A DNA stretch of 64,000 bases from the human T2T-CHM13v2.0 reference genome, Homo sapiens: the NCBI GenBank assembly GCA_009914755.4, contig CP068257.2, positions 44,672,001 to 44,736,000 of the forward strand, read 5' to 3'. A model generated the notes under the pieces. That model ran no database searches. It was not told the origin of the DNA and worked only from the letters and a program-made list of their open reading frames with translations. Positions 34,691 to 52,789 of this stretch are shown in pieces. Position numbers and translations under genes: made by a program. Every line of letters starts with the position of its first letter. The stretch's first letter is position 1.

Positions 34691-35350
34691 TGAAAGCCAG
34701 TGCACCTGGCCCATTTGTTATGATTAATGAACCAATATTGAGACACAAGTAACTGAAGTCCACACTTTGACAGTTTCCTTAGGTTTGCCTCATGTCCCTA
34801 ATGTGGTATCCATCAGAACACCCCATTACATTGAGTTATGTGTCTTTAGGCTCCTTCTCAGACTTTCCTCGTTTTTGATGACCTTGACAGTTTCGAAGAG
34901 TACTGGGCAGATATTTTGAAGAATGTCCCTCAATTAAAATGTGTCTATTATCTCCTGGTTAGACTGGGACTGCAGGTTACAGAAAGGAAGCATCTAGGGG
35001 TGAAGTGCCACTGTCACCCCATCACATCAGGGACACACACTGTCACCTCGACTATAACTGTGAGGCTGACCTGCGTCACTTGGCTGAGGTGGAGTCTGCC
35101 AGTTTTCTCCACAATAAAGTGGCTCTTTCCCTCCTTTTCTTTATTGCACTCTTTGGGAGGAAGTGGCTATGTGTGGTCTACACTTAAGGAGAGGGGAGTT
35201 ACGTTTCCCTCCTTGAGGGTGAGTATCTACAAAATTTATCTGGGCAGCTTTTTTTTTTTTTTTTTTGAGTTAGGGTCTCAGTCTGTCACCCAGGTTGGAG
35301 TGCAGTGGTTGCCTGGCCTTGACAGCTTTTTAATAGTTTAAAATGAATTG

Positions 35351-35650
35351 AGGCTGGGCGAGGTTGCTCATGCCTGTAACTCCAGCACTTTGAGAGGCCA
35401 AGGCAGGTGGATCACTTGAGCCCAGGAGTTCAAGACCAGCCTGGGCAACACAGTGAGACCCTGTGTCTACTAAAAATACAAAAATTAGCTGGGCATGGTG
35501 GTGTGCCTGTAATTCCAGCTGCTCAGGAGGCTGACATGGAGAATCACCTGAGCCCGGGGAAGTTGAGGCTGCAATGAGCGGTGGTCTCACCACTGCACTC
35601 TAGCCTGTGTGACAGACTGAGACCCTGCCTATAAAAAAGAAAAGAAAAAA
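35351..35650 (+). mobile_element. Alu (SINE)
   Basis: gaggctgggcgaggttgctcatgcctgtaactccagcactttgagaggccaagg... Confidence 0.85.
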
Positions 35651-35930
35651 GAACTGAAATAAGACCCAAGTCCAACATTAGCAGAACCTCTCTAGGATGT
35701 CCACAGAAACGACTCTGGGGTTCTGAGGAACACAGTCTAGGCAAACCTGGGCACATCCCCTCAGTCCCACAGTTGTAAATGTATTGTAACACGTAACAGT
35801 TGTGAGATTCAGGCGCGGTCTGGGTCTCTGTTCCTGGAAAGTGTGATCCTGTGGGTGCAGCCCCTGCTCGCTTGGCTGTGTTGCCTGCCTGGCCCCTGCT
35901 CTAATGAGCCCACTGCCCAGAGTTTGCTCA

Positions 35931-36212
<282 letters not shown>

Positions 36213-36399
36213 TCAGCGAGGAGCCACTCCAGCACGCTCGGGAAGGGCATCGTTACTGCTGCAAACAAGCACACGGCCCTCCACGACGAACCTTTTGCAA
36301 GTGAAGGCGCACGAACAGGCCCGGAGGGACTACAAAGAAACCCAGAAACCAGACTTGGACACATGAAATAAAGGGGTTAGCTGAAGGAATACTCCACAG

Positions 36400-38800
36400 T
36401 TAAGGACGGCCTGCGCGAGGTCACCGGCCCTGTCTTGGTTTTTTGCCACTTCGCTCCAGTTAGTTTCCCAAGTTCCACCTACGCGCGCGCCAGCTGAGAA
36501 AACGCCCACCCCGGCGGTCCCGCCACAGGTCACAGGCGGTGCGGACCCCGGGACTGTGTCCGGGCTTCGGTGTCCAGAGAGCTCCAAGACACCCAAACCT
36601 TCCGTGGTTTCCACCTCTGCAAGCTTATGTTCCGCTGAGCTCAAGCTGAGGGACGACGACCTCATGCGACGTCAGTTTCCCCCTGGGACCACGAACCCAC
36701 GGCCCCATTTCTCTTCTGTCTACTAAAAACCTTTTCTTTTCTTTTTTTTTTGAGACCTAAGACATCAGTGAGACACACGAGCAGACACGGGCTCGGTCGG
36801 GAAAGGCGGGAGCTCCAAGCGGCGGGGCCTGCAGGTCCAGGCGGTTCGCGGGCTTTCTGACCGCATTCGGCCGAGTTCTTCTCTGAAGACCCAGGACCCC
36901 CGGCCGAGGGGGCGCATTCGGCGGGCTGGTGGCGTAGGATTTTGTTTCGGGTTCCCAGGGTCCCGGCAAGGGTGAGGGAGCCCTTGCGGATCCCCTGAGA
37001 TCCACCTCAGCAGCCTCCTCCGTGGTAGGCCTCAACTTCCCGCGGCGGCCCACAGCCAACGACTAATGCCTGAGCGGGAGAAAACGGCCTGGCCCTGTCC
37101 GGGTGGTTGCTGAGCACCGTTCGGCGCCGCCCGCGCCTGCAGGGAGCCCGGCCCGCTGTCCTGGTGGACACAAAGCCCAGGGGCCGCCCGCGCGGGACCA
37201 GCAGCGCGAACTTTTTGCCGCTCGGCCAGCCTGGCAGGGGATTTTAAAATCGGCCAATCACAGCGGGCGCCAGGCCTCCGCTTTCCGCTTACTGGTCCTG
37301 CCGTAGGAGGCGGGTACGTGAGCGCACCAATCTGTGGCCGGCGAGCGTAAAGGGCGGGGCTCCGCCCAGGCTGCACCGCCCAGAGCGCGCGTGCGCGAGA
37401 CCGGAAACGCAGCCCCCTGATTGGCGGCGCGTGTCGGGGGCGGGGCCGCGGCTGCGTGACAGTTGTCGCGGGGGAGGGCGAGCCCAAGCGCGGGGGAGGG
37501 AGTGTAAATAGAGCGAAGGCTGCTCTGTGTCAGCCCCGTCACCGCCGGGCGGCCCGCGCGGAGTCTGAGGGAGATGGAAGTTGAGCAAGAGCAGCGGCGC
37601 AGAAAGGTGGAGGCCGGGAGGACGAAGGTAAACATTAGGGGCTTCTTCTCTAGCTGCTCTGGCGTGAAGTCCTAAGGGCGGCTCCGGTGCCCGCCACCGC
37701 CCCCTGCCAGGAGAGGACGCGGTCCGGCGGAAGCCGCCGCGGAGGTCTCGCTTTTTCCCGCCGGCTCCGCTGGAAGCCGCCTCCTGGCCGCCGCCATCTT
37801 GAATCCGCCGCTCTCCGCCAGGTCCCGCCCCCGCCGCGGCCACAGCCAATCAGCGGCCGGGACGCGCGGCGCCTCTCGGGCGGGCCGGGGCGGGGCTGCG
37901 CCGCGCCTGCGTCGGGGGGTGGGTGGGGCGCGGGCTGGGCGCGGTGCACGCCGGGGCGGGGTGTGGCTGCAGGGCGGGGCTACAGGGGCGTGGCGTGGCT
38001 GCACGGAGGGGGTGGGGCGCGGCAGGCGCTGGACCCCAGGCTGGATCTTCCAGTGGCTCCCGCGTCCTCCGGGACCGGGTGGCCTGGGGCGGGCGGCCGG
38101 TATTCGGGTGGCTGCTTGGTCTAGGGCCAGTTTCCTGCGCGGCCGGGGCCGGGGGCGTGGCGCGGGTGGCCTGCAGCGCCTCCCCAGGGTGCGCCTTCGC
38201 CTCGTCCGTCGGAGATGCTTTCCCCGCGCGTTTCTCGCGGCGTTGCAGTCCTTACTGTGTGAAAGGCCCCCGCGGCGCTCCCGGCCGCCGTCTTCTTCCC
38301 GCGCCCTTGGGCTCGCGTCCTGCCCGTCCGGGCCTGGCGTAGCGCTGCCGGGAACGCACGCGGCGCTGGCGCCGGGCGCCTTCAAGGGACGCGCTCCCGT
38401 CTTTCTCCCGCCCCGGGTTTCTCCGTGAAAAAGCGCTCGGTTTGATGGCCACTGTCCTAGGTTTCGTGGGAATAAAGCGCGCAGAGCCCATGACTCGGGG
38501 GCAGGAGAAAGGGAGTCCCGAAAGCGCGAGGCGGAACCGCGGGAGCAGGCCGGCCTCTGCGAGGTGCGCGCGGCTCCCCCCCAGGATGTTCTGGCTGGGG
38601 TGCTGGGGAAGAGCGGGGCTCCCGGGCACGGCGGACAGGGGACGCGGGGCTAGGCCGGGGAAGGGCTGAGGCGGGCAGGAGGGGAAGGGGAGCCCGGAGC
38701 CTGCAGGGAGCTGCGAACAGGAGCAGAGCTCCCAGGAGGGTGGAGGGGGGAGGGAGGGACAAGACGCCGCCTGTAGGGCGACGCAGGCCGCAGACCAGGT
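36400..38800. promoter_or_regulatory. CpG island spanning the head-to-head C21orf58 (minus) and PCNT (plus) 5' ends; probable bidirectional TATA-less promoter extending into PCNT intron 1
   Basis: Very high GC and CpG density. CCAAT boxes at about 37253-37257 and 37846-37850, and an inverted CCAAT (ATTGG) at about 37421-37425. GC boxes (GGGCGGGG) at about 37350, 37437, 37878, 37955 and 37972. The PCNT ATG is at 37574. The long ORFs here are GC-rich artefacts. Confidence 0.8.
37574..37627 (+). CDS. PCNT: PCNT (pericentrin) exon 1 coding part (MEVEQEQRRRKVEAGRTK)
   Basis: ATG at 37574 and donor AAG|gtaaac at 37628. The N-terminus matches my memory of pericentrin. In frame with exon 2. Confidence 0.9.
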
Positions 38801-39729
38801 CTGTGCTATATCCCAACATGGATAGGTGTGGTGGAGGAGGACATGAAAATAAACGACATGAGGTTGACTTTGAAGGAAATATTTCCTTGAGAGACCATTT
38901 TCTTGTGTAAATGGCCTTGTGTAATTTTTCTGGGTCCATGAGCTTGTGTACTTGTGTTATCATTTACACAAATGTGTGTTCCATGCGTTTGTTTTTGTGG
39001 CCACAGTTGTCTTTTGAGGGAACAGATGTCTCCCCGTGAAAGGCTGATGTGGGATCGATCGCATACCTCTTGAGTAAGACGTTAGCGGGAGATGAGGCTC
39101 GCACATAGTCTCAAACTCTCGGATTTGAGGACTGAGCAGAGCTAGGCTGTGCCTTCTGATGGGCGATGCTCTGTGGATGTCCCTGGTGCTTTGGTGAGCT
39201 GTGTCATGAAAAATAGAACATCTGATTCCATAAAGGAAGATGTGAGATTGACCTGGCTTAATTAATTTTTTGCTATTTCTGTATCTTGTCTCAGAATCTA
39301 TGGCTAGGAAGTTTTGGCTGGGCTATATATTTCTTCAGTTGGGGGAAAATTGGGGCAAGAAGGGAGAGATTTAGCTTTTATATCATTTTAAAACTTAAAT
39401 ATGCCTTGATTAAGCTATCAATCTTTTATACAAATTTTTTTTAAAGTTTTATTTTTCTGTAAACTGCCAAGGGCTAGGAAAGCTATTCTGCCAATCAGCC
39501 GTATGGTTTTCTTTACCAGGCATAATTAGCAGTCCTCATTGTTAGACCCCTTGGATATAGATATTGATGAAGGCAGTGTTTGTGGAGAGCCATCTGTTGG
39601 CCAGGTGTGGCAGAGTAGACTGGGTCAGCCCTCGGGCCTCATGGTCCCCACCAGTCTGTTGACTTTGTGGTTCTGTTATTTTTTTCTCACTTACCTTTGC
39701 CTTTACTACTTATCTACATTTTTGCGCAG

Positions 39730-39942
39730 CTTGCTCACTTCCGACAGAGAAAAACAAAAGGTGACAGTTCGCATTCGGAGAAAAAGACGGCGAAGAGGAA
39801 GGGCTCGGCTGTCGATGCGTCTGTCCAGGAGGAGAGTCCGGTAACCAAGGAGGACAGCGCACTCTGTGGAGGAGGGGACATTTGCAAAAGCACATCATGT
39901 GACGACACCCCTGATGGGGCAGGAGGGGCCTTTGCAGCTCAG
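39730..39942 (+). CDS. PCNT: PCNT exon 2 (LAHFRQRKTKGDSSHSEKKTAKRKGSAVDASVQEESPVTKEDSALCGGGDICKSTSCDDTPDGAGGAFAAQ)
   Basis: Acceptor tttttgcgcag|CTT and donor CAG|gtagat. 213 nt, phase 0. Confidence 0.9.
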
Positions 39943-40068
39943 GTAGATTTGCTCAATGTTGTATTTGAACATTTCGCTTATCTTCTAGTGATTTCTAGTG
40001 TGATTTACTAAAGATGGTCTTTGGTCTGTTTTTGCCTTTCAAAAGTGAGGAAAGAGGGTGTTATTTTA

Positions 40069-40917
<849 letters not shown>

Positions 40918-41636
40918 CCTGTTTTATCTTTATTATGTAATTTTGAGAAGTTTTGGATTAACTACTTGAAGACAAGTGTCAGTTGTTTGCTTTGTAATGG
41001 AAGACTGGGAGTTCTTCGTGTGTGGTCGTGTCAGCCCCTTTGATGGGTGTTTCTTGGGACATTTAAAACATAATATTCCTTCACATAGTTGTAAATGCAC
41101 CTGCTTGTCACATTTGTCTTTTACCTTTTTACTAAACGTGAGATGAAGAGGGAAGGGGTGAAGGTGTTGCAGACATGGTGTGTTGCTGGAGGAGACTGGG
41201 TCTGCTGCTTGAGGCCTTGTGAGCTGCAGGGGCACCCCCATGGGCAGGTGTGGCAGGTGAGTGCACACTGAGTCCTGAAGGGGCTGGCCTTCCGGGCTCC
41301 TTGGGGGCCTACAAACCTGCCTGGAGGCGGGCTGTCCTTGGGCCTTTTGTATGAATTATGAACGAGGGCCTTAGGTGTTGAGTGTCCCTGCTGCTGCAGC
41401 AGAATGGGTGCAGGCTTTGATGTTTGCTAGGATTTGCTGGAAAACTGGTGGCCAAAGGCAGAATCTGGCTCAAGGTCATAATGTATGTATCCTGCTTTAC
41501 TTAAAAAATTGAGTTGTTGGCAACAGTTAAAATTTGTGTTATTCTACCTACAAATCCTGAATTTTGCTTTTTATCTCTTGAGTGTTTTTGGTTGTTGGGT
41601 TGGTGTGTTTTTTTTTTTTTTCCCCTGTTTTCTTTT

Positions 41637-41785
41637 TAAGATACAGTCTCTCTGTTGCCCAGGCTGGAGCGCAGTGACGCGAACTCTGCTCAGTGCAACC
41701 TCTGCCTCCCAGGCTGAAGCGATCTTCCTGCCTCAGGCTCCCAAAGTGCCAGGATTACAGGATTTCTGCCACCTTGCTGGGCAGA
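41637..41785 (-). mobile_element. Partial Alu
   Basis: ttttaagatacagtctctctgttgcccaggctggagcgcagtgacgcg... Confidence 0.75.
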
Positions 41786-41798
41786 AAGTTACTTTTGA

Positions 41799-42428
<630 letters not shown>

Positions 42429-43483
42429 TGCATAGACGTTTTAAAAGTAGTAAGCTGATAAATATATGTGGGAATCTCAGGATCCTATCAGAAAACCATT
42501 CCAAACTTAGCACATTTTGTGGTAAATTGTATTTGGAGACTGATGGGTCGTTAACATTAGAAGGCATGGTATAGACTCCTGATTAAACACTCATACTTTG
42601 CTGTTTCATCAGGTAGAGACTCTCTTAGTTTCTAACTCTGCTATTTGATGCATGCCTTCATTCAGGAAGATGATCTGATGAAAAGCATTTTGATTTTTGT
42701 TTTCAAAACCAGAAGGGCATATACCAGAAAATTAACAGTGGTGGTCAGAAAGGAATAGAGTTGTTGGTTTTTTCGTTGTTATGGTTTTTGGTATTTCCTA
42801 CAATAAACACATTAGGTTACTTATATAACATTTTTTTTCATTTTAGAATTAACTATACCACTAATAAAACATGTATTTTGGACATCTTAAAGCAATCTAT
42901 AAATAACAGGCCCATTACTGGTCCCCTTGACTTAGAGATGCACACGCACACTCACTGCACTTGCTGCATTTTGTGTCACCTCCTCGTGACCACAGTGGAC
43001 AGGACACTTCACCCTCAAGCGTGGGGTGGTGTGGCAGATGTGAGGAGAGGTCTGCTTTCACAAAACTTGGTGAAACAATGGCAAGATGGCCAAGGTAAAG
43101 CATTCTGTTACTTATAACTGTTGCTGTGAGTAGTAACTTAACTGTTTAAAGCAGTATTTTAAAAACCAAAAGCTGGTAAAATGTAAGGATACTTTCTCTA
43201 GGAAAAGTATGTGCTCCTGCAGCCAGGATTCTTCATGGAATGAAGGCATGGCAGGGCCTGACTGATTTTCATCTCACATCGTCATCCTGAACTCCTCTGC
43301 ACAGTTACAGCTTGACATCAGCAGAGACATACCTCCTCTTCCTGTCCATTGGCTCTAAAATGGTGGGCAAAGGTCAGGTACCAGTCAGCTTTTTCCACAG
43401 AATTCCTGACATTTTAATAAGCTAAACATGCAGTCATCAGGTATTAACCCCTATTGGATCTTGGACATCAGCTTTTTCCCCCT

Positions 43484-43772
<289 letters not shown>

Positions 43773-44349
43773 TAAAATTTATTTTCTTTATACATGTATA
43801 GGTAAACTAAGTAGTATGTGTAGAATAGAGCCATTGTCTTTCTGCTGTACACTAAGTTAGGAATCAAATTTCTTAAGCCATTTTGTCAATTATGTATATA
43901 AAAACCATTGGTGCTTTAGAAGCAGATATTTCATTAACTTTTTTCTGATTATATCATTGTACATCATCAGTTCAGTCTAAAAAGGAGTTTTTTTCATATG
44001 TATTATAAAATATTTCATGATATTTGAGTTTAGTATGCCTTTAATCCAGTTGTAGATGTTAAAATAGGAGTAATTTTGTGTTCAAAATAATGATCTTCTG
44101 AAAAGTGAAATTCTAGGAAAGAGTCCACTGTTTAAAGCTAGCAGCTGGTGGCCGTGTGGCCGAATAATGTCCCAGGCCAGGGCACTCCCCTCTCAGATGG
44201 TTGGTCATGCTGCGTCGGAGATCAGGAATCCTCAAGGAACCTTTATGTTATAGTTGTACCAGTGCTTTAAACATAATGAAAGGTGCATTTGTTTTATTTT
44301 ACCCATCTATAAATTGTGAGAGGTTTGGCTATGGAGAGTCTAGTGAGCT

Positions 44350-44420
44350 TATTGAACAGCATAAGAAGATAAGTGTGTGTGTTTGTGTGTGTGTGAGAGT
44401 GTGTGTATGTGTGTGTGAGG
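44350..44420. repeat. Imperfect (GT)n microsatellite
   Basis: gtgtgtgtgtttgtgtgtgtgtgagagtgtgtgtatgtgtgtgtgag. Confidence 0.8.
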
Positions 44421-44520
44421 GGGAGGGAGAAGTTATTGTGCTTTCCAACATATAATAAATTGCTTACTTTGATCACTAACTGTTAGGTAAATACTGATGA
44501 TTTCTAGCATAAGTCTTTTT

Positions 44521-44675
44521 TCTTTTTTTTGGAGACAGGTCCTCCCTCTGGCGCCCAGGCTGGAGTGCAGTGGCCCAATCAGCTTACTTCAGCCTTGACC
44601 TCCCTGACTCAGGTGATCCTCCCACCTCGGCCTCCCAAAGTGCTGGGATTACAGGCATAAGCCGCTGTGCCCAGC
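44521..44675 (-). mobile_element. Partial Alu
   Basis: tttttttggagacaggtcctccctctggcgcccaggctggagtgcagtggcc... Confidence 0.75.
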
Positions 44676-44889
44676 TGATATAAGACATATTTTTAACCAA
44701 CTTTAAGATCTTAGTTTTTTTTCAGGATGGTTATAAGCGAAGGTAGAATTGCAGAAAGACTTTGTGGTAAATATTCAGGATTCGGCTCTGTTGCCTTACA
44801 ATTTGTTAAGTGCATGATGGAAAAATAGTTGAAACAATGCAACAGCTGTCTCAGTTCTGAAAGTTAACTCAGAAATGGCAGAAAGCAAG

Positions 44890-45133
44890 GTCAGGCGTGG
44901 TGGCTCCGAGCACTTTGGGAGGCCAACGTGGGAGGATGGTTGAAACTCTGTCTCTATGAAAAATATAAAAATTAGCTGGGCATGACAGTGCACACGTGTA
45001 GTCCCAGTTACTCAGGAGGCTGAGTTGGGAGGATCACCTGCGCCCAGGAGTTTGAGGCTACAGTGAGCTATGGTGGCACCACTGCATGCCAGCCTGGGCG
45101 GCAGAGCAAGGCCTTGTCTCAAAAAAAAAAAAA
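44890..45133 (+). mobile_element. Alu with internal deletions
   Basis: ggtcaggcgtggtggctccgagcactttgggaggccaacgtgggaggatgg... Confidence 0.8.
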
Positions 45134-45177
45134 TCATAAAAATAAAGCAATGGTAGAAAGCAGAATTTGACCTTTCA

Positions 45178-45600
<423 letters not shown>

Positions 45601-46185
45601 CTAGTGCTATAGAAGGCTTAAGAAGTGTGGTTCTAGCACTTTTCCAACTCATATTTGTATCAAATACCAGGAAAAATAGTTATCACCATTTATCATCTAG
45701 ATTTCTGGGCCGTTTTACTGTTTTGTCATTTTAAGTTGTTTTACACGTAATTTACAGAAGTAAGAATAAAGCAATAATTTAAAACAACTTTATAAGAAAT
45801 TTGATCCAACCTCTTTGTATCAAGTAAGTTTTGACACACAAACATTAGAAGTGTCCTCTTAAGGAAGTGGATGGTCCAGGTTCCTTTGAAGTGTGATCAT
45901 TCATGTGAGCGGGCAGCTGATTGAGACTACTGTGTCCCCTTTTCGTCCCTCACTTCCTCTTGATTCTGAGAAGATTGATCTAGGGTATTGTCAAATGAAG
46001 ACTTGTCTGAGATTTTATTTTCACGTCAGTTTTGCCATCATCATTGGCCATGGGTGCTCTCTCTCTGCATTCATCTTGTGACTCATCTAATGATCCCGAA
46101 AAGTCGACACTGTCATGTTTCTTTGCTATTTTGGGAAGAAATTGAAATGTTCTTAGTGAATCATCTTGTTAAAGCAAGCTAATCT

Positions 46186-47655
<1,470 letters not shown>

Positions 47656-47751
47656 TCAGCACAGGCCTGCAGATAGAGGAGCTGGGAAGGGCCTGAGGCT
47701 GCAGCCCTAGACCTTGCTTTAAATGCTTCTTTCTGGTCCTCCCCTTCTTAG

Positions 47752-48162
47752 CCGGAGGACTGTGATGGAGAGAAGAGAGAGGACTTGGAACAGCTGCAGC
47801 AGAAGCAAGTCAATGACCATCCTCCAGAGCAGTGTGGGATGTTCACAGTCAGTGACCACCCACCAGAACAGCATGGGATGTTCACAGTCGGTGACCACCC
47901 ACCAGAACAGCGTGGGATGTTCACAGTCAGTGACCACCCACCAGAACAGCATGGGATGTTCACAGTCAGTGACCACCCACCAGAACAGCATGGGATGTTC
48001 ACAGTCAGTGACCACCCACCAGAACAGCGTGGGATGTTCACAATCAGTGACCACCAACCGGAACAGCGTGGGATGTTCACAGTCAGTGACCACACACCAG
48101 AACAGCGTGGGATCTTCACAATCAGTGACCACCCAGCAGAACAGCGTGGGATGTTCACAAAG
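47752..48162 (+). CDS. PCNT: PCNT exon 3 (PEDCDGEKREDLEQLQQKQVN followed by nine 13-aa DHPPEQxGMFTVS repeats ending ...GMFTK)
   Basis: Acceptor ccccttcttag|CCG and donor AAG|gtattc. 411 nt, phase 0. It contains the 39-bp coding tandem repeat. Confidence 0.9.
47815..48162 (+). repeat. PCNT: Coding minisatellite in PCNT exon 3: 39-bp unit, 8 full copies plus one 36-bp copy, encoding the 13-aa repeat DHPPEQ(C/H/R)GMFT(V/I)(S/G)
   Basis: Direct reading gives a period of exactly 39 bp. The copies differ at a few positions and the repeat ends at the splice donor. Confidence 0.9.
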
Positions 48163-48810
48163 GTATTCTTTAAGTTCTCTGTTAAGGTGTATTCTTTGTC
48201 AAAAGATTTCTTTATGTTGTAGAAATCCAAACCAGTGAGAGGACCTTCCATCTCTGCAGGGCCTCTCTTTAGAAGTGGAAACTGGAAGCATAGAGAGCTG
48301 GAGGCAGAGGCTCACCCTGTAGGCCCCACGTGCTGCCGCCTGCACGTTCTTAGTGTTGCCTGTGAATGGGAAGCCTCTCTTCATACCCTTCTCCCTGAGC
48401 TCAAATCTGCCTCCCTTGTGATCTTCCTTTTTTGTTTTTCCCATGGGACATTGAAGAGAAGCCACCCTTCATAAGTTTGAGGAATGTCATGAATTCCCTT
48501 TATTCTAGTTGCCCTTGTCGATTGACTCACCTGTCTGTTCAGCCTGTTTCTTAGGCCTGGTACCTCGTTTCTCACATCATCAGTTTGTGACTGGAAGTCC
48601 TGTGCCAGTTGAGAGCCTGGCAGGGCAGGGAGGCTGTGGTCAGTCTGCATGTCCCTGGTTTCTGCCACGTTCCTGGTGGGATGAATTCCATACGTGTTGA
48701 GTTGATTACCTTTATTTTATTGACATGTTTTTTGTTAGCATGTGGAGGAAAACATTAAGTTTGGAATTGACTACTTTTGAAGTGTTATGTTAAAAGCATA
48801 TATTTTAGGC

Positions 48811-48999
48811 TGGGCACGGTGGCTCACGCCTGTAATCCCAGCACTTTGGGAGGCCGAGGTGGGCGGATCACGAGGTCAGGAATTTTAGACCAGCCTGGCC
48901 AATATGGTGAAACCCCTCTCTACTAAAAATACAAAATTAGCTGGGTGCCACTGCACTTCAGCCTGGGAGACAGACCGAGATTCCATCTCACAAAAAAAA
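48811..48999 (+). mobile_element. Alu with an internal deletion
   Basis: ggctgggcacggtggctcacgcctgtaatcccagcactttgggaggccgaggtgggcgg... then ccactgcacttcagcctgggagacag. Confidence 0.8.
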
Positions 49000-49097
49000 A
49001 AGCCTCTATTTTAGCCATTTGATTCTAGCTAGACTCAGTTCACACTGCTTTAGGCAAGTTTGGTTGTTTTTTGGTTTTTGGGGTTTTTTTTTTTTTT

Positions 49098-49674
<577 letters not shown>

Positions 49675-50401
49675 TAGTTTTTAATCTGCATTATTGCAGG
49701 AAAGATCTAACTCCTAGGTGAGGCCTGGAAGCACAGTCTCTGGTGGGTTCTATAAAACCCACTCTTCATTTATTTATTGACTTCTTGGGACCGGGTCTCA
49801 TTCTGTCCCCTGGGCTGGAGTATGGTGGTGCCATCACAGCTTAGTGTAGCCTCAACATTTTGATTCTTAAGTTGTTGCAGCTCTGTCCGTGGGGAGCCCC
49901 TTCAGGTGGCTCCTGTGTCATGTGTTTGAAGCACATCCTGGCTTGTGACACTGCAAGTTGGTGCCGCAGGCTCATCGTGTAGGCCCTGTCTCCGTTCTGA
50001 GTCCGCTGTTTCTCCAAGGAGTCTTGGTGCCTTTTACTAGATTATGGTGTTGAGACCAAGACCTGGGCTCTAGGTGTGCTCACTCCTGCTGGGATGTTGC
50101 TGCTGCTTCTGGGCTCTCTCCGTGGACAGAGTGAGGAAGGGTGTGCCTGGGAGCTAGTCTGTGTGTACACTCATAGCTGTATTTATGTTCATTTGTATTT
50201 ATAGACATATATGTTAAATAGGAATACATACTGATACCTCAGAGCCTAATCCAGCACCACAGAGTTCATTCTGCCCTCCCCCCCAGGTTTATTTGCAGTT
50301 TCCTTCTCGGATAGTGAGAAGCCTGGCTCTCACTTCTGCCATTTATTTACTTTAAAAAAAAAAATTAGAAGGTTGTTTTTTTTGTTTGTTTGTTTGTTTG
50401 T

Positions 50402-50698
<297 letters not shown>

Positions 50699-50986
50699 TA
50701 AGTGTATAATAGTTTCAGAATTAGCAACCCACATCATATAAGAAACAAATTTACCAAGTGGATTTAAGTGTTTGTTTACAGCTCCTTTGTCTCCATTTTC
50801 AGTTTCCAGTCACAACTGTTTTCCAAGGTTACTCAGGTCACTCCTCTCTTCCCCAGCCCTTCACTAAGGTTGTGTCTTCACTGGTGAGTATGTAGTCAGG
50901 TTCATTGGTCACTGGCTACTTCCTATCCTGGGATCCCACAACATCCTGGTCAATTTTTTAAAGTTGCATACTGTTTTGTTTTGTTT

Positions 50987-51565
<579 letters not shown>

Positions 51566-52002
51566 CCTAAAATTTGCATGCTTCTAAGTTCATTCTTTGT
51601 GATGCACAATTGTGTAGAGTCATATTCACCACCCAGTTACCCTCGAGAACAACCCCAGCCCCCAAGAGGGCCCGTGTCCTCTTTCTAACCAGCCGCTCTC
51701 TCCTTCCCCAGCCTCTGGCAACCAGTGGTCTGTTTTTTGTTCTATGGTTTTGCCTTTTCCAGAATGTTCTACAGATGGAATTCTATAATATGTAGGCTTT
51801 TGGGTCCAGGTTTTTAAATCACTTAGCAAAATGAGTTGAAGATTCATCCAAGCTTTAGATTGATCAGTAGCTCATTCCTTTTTGATGCTGGTTAGTACTT
51901 CATTGTGTGCATGGTACACAGTTTGTTTATCCACTCACCTGGTGAGGGACATCTTTCTTCTAGCTTTTTTGTGAATATGAATAATGAATGTGTCTTTTTT
52001 TT

Positions 52003-52602
<600 letters not shown>

Positions 52603-52789
52603 CCTGTTTTTATTTCCCTTCTTGAAAGCCTGGCTGGCGTAGACATATAGTTGGCAGTTGGTGTCTTGCTTGCCGGTGGTTTCGCTCTGCCCCTCTCTAG
52701 CTTGTGTTCACTGCCGTGGCCACCCTGAAGGCTTTTGTCTTTGGTGTTCTGCAGTTTTGATTTTATGTGTTCTTTAGAGGGACAGAACT

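Noticed and set aside
37650-38963. Multiple 140-240 aa ORFs on both strands over the promoter CpG island (for example 37672..38385 minus, 37799..38428 plus)
   Set aside because: Arg/Pro/Gly/Ala-rich translations in every frame simultaneously, a GC-content artefact. The real PCNT exon 1 coding part is only 54 nt (37574-37627), confirmed by splicing into exon 2.
47719-48251. Four overlapping ORFs (137-171 aa, both strands) across PCNT exon 3
   Set aside because: Only the plus frame continuing PEDCDGEKREDLEQ... is bounded by the acceptor at 47751 and donor at 48163 and is in phase with exons 2 and 4. The others are by-products of the 39-bp repeat being open in several frames.
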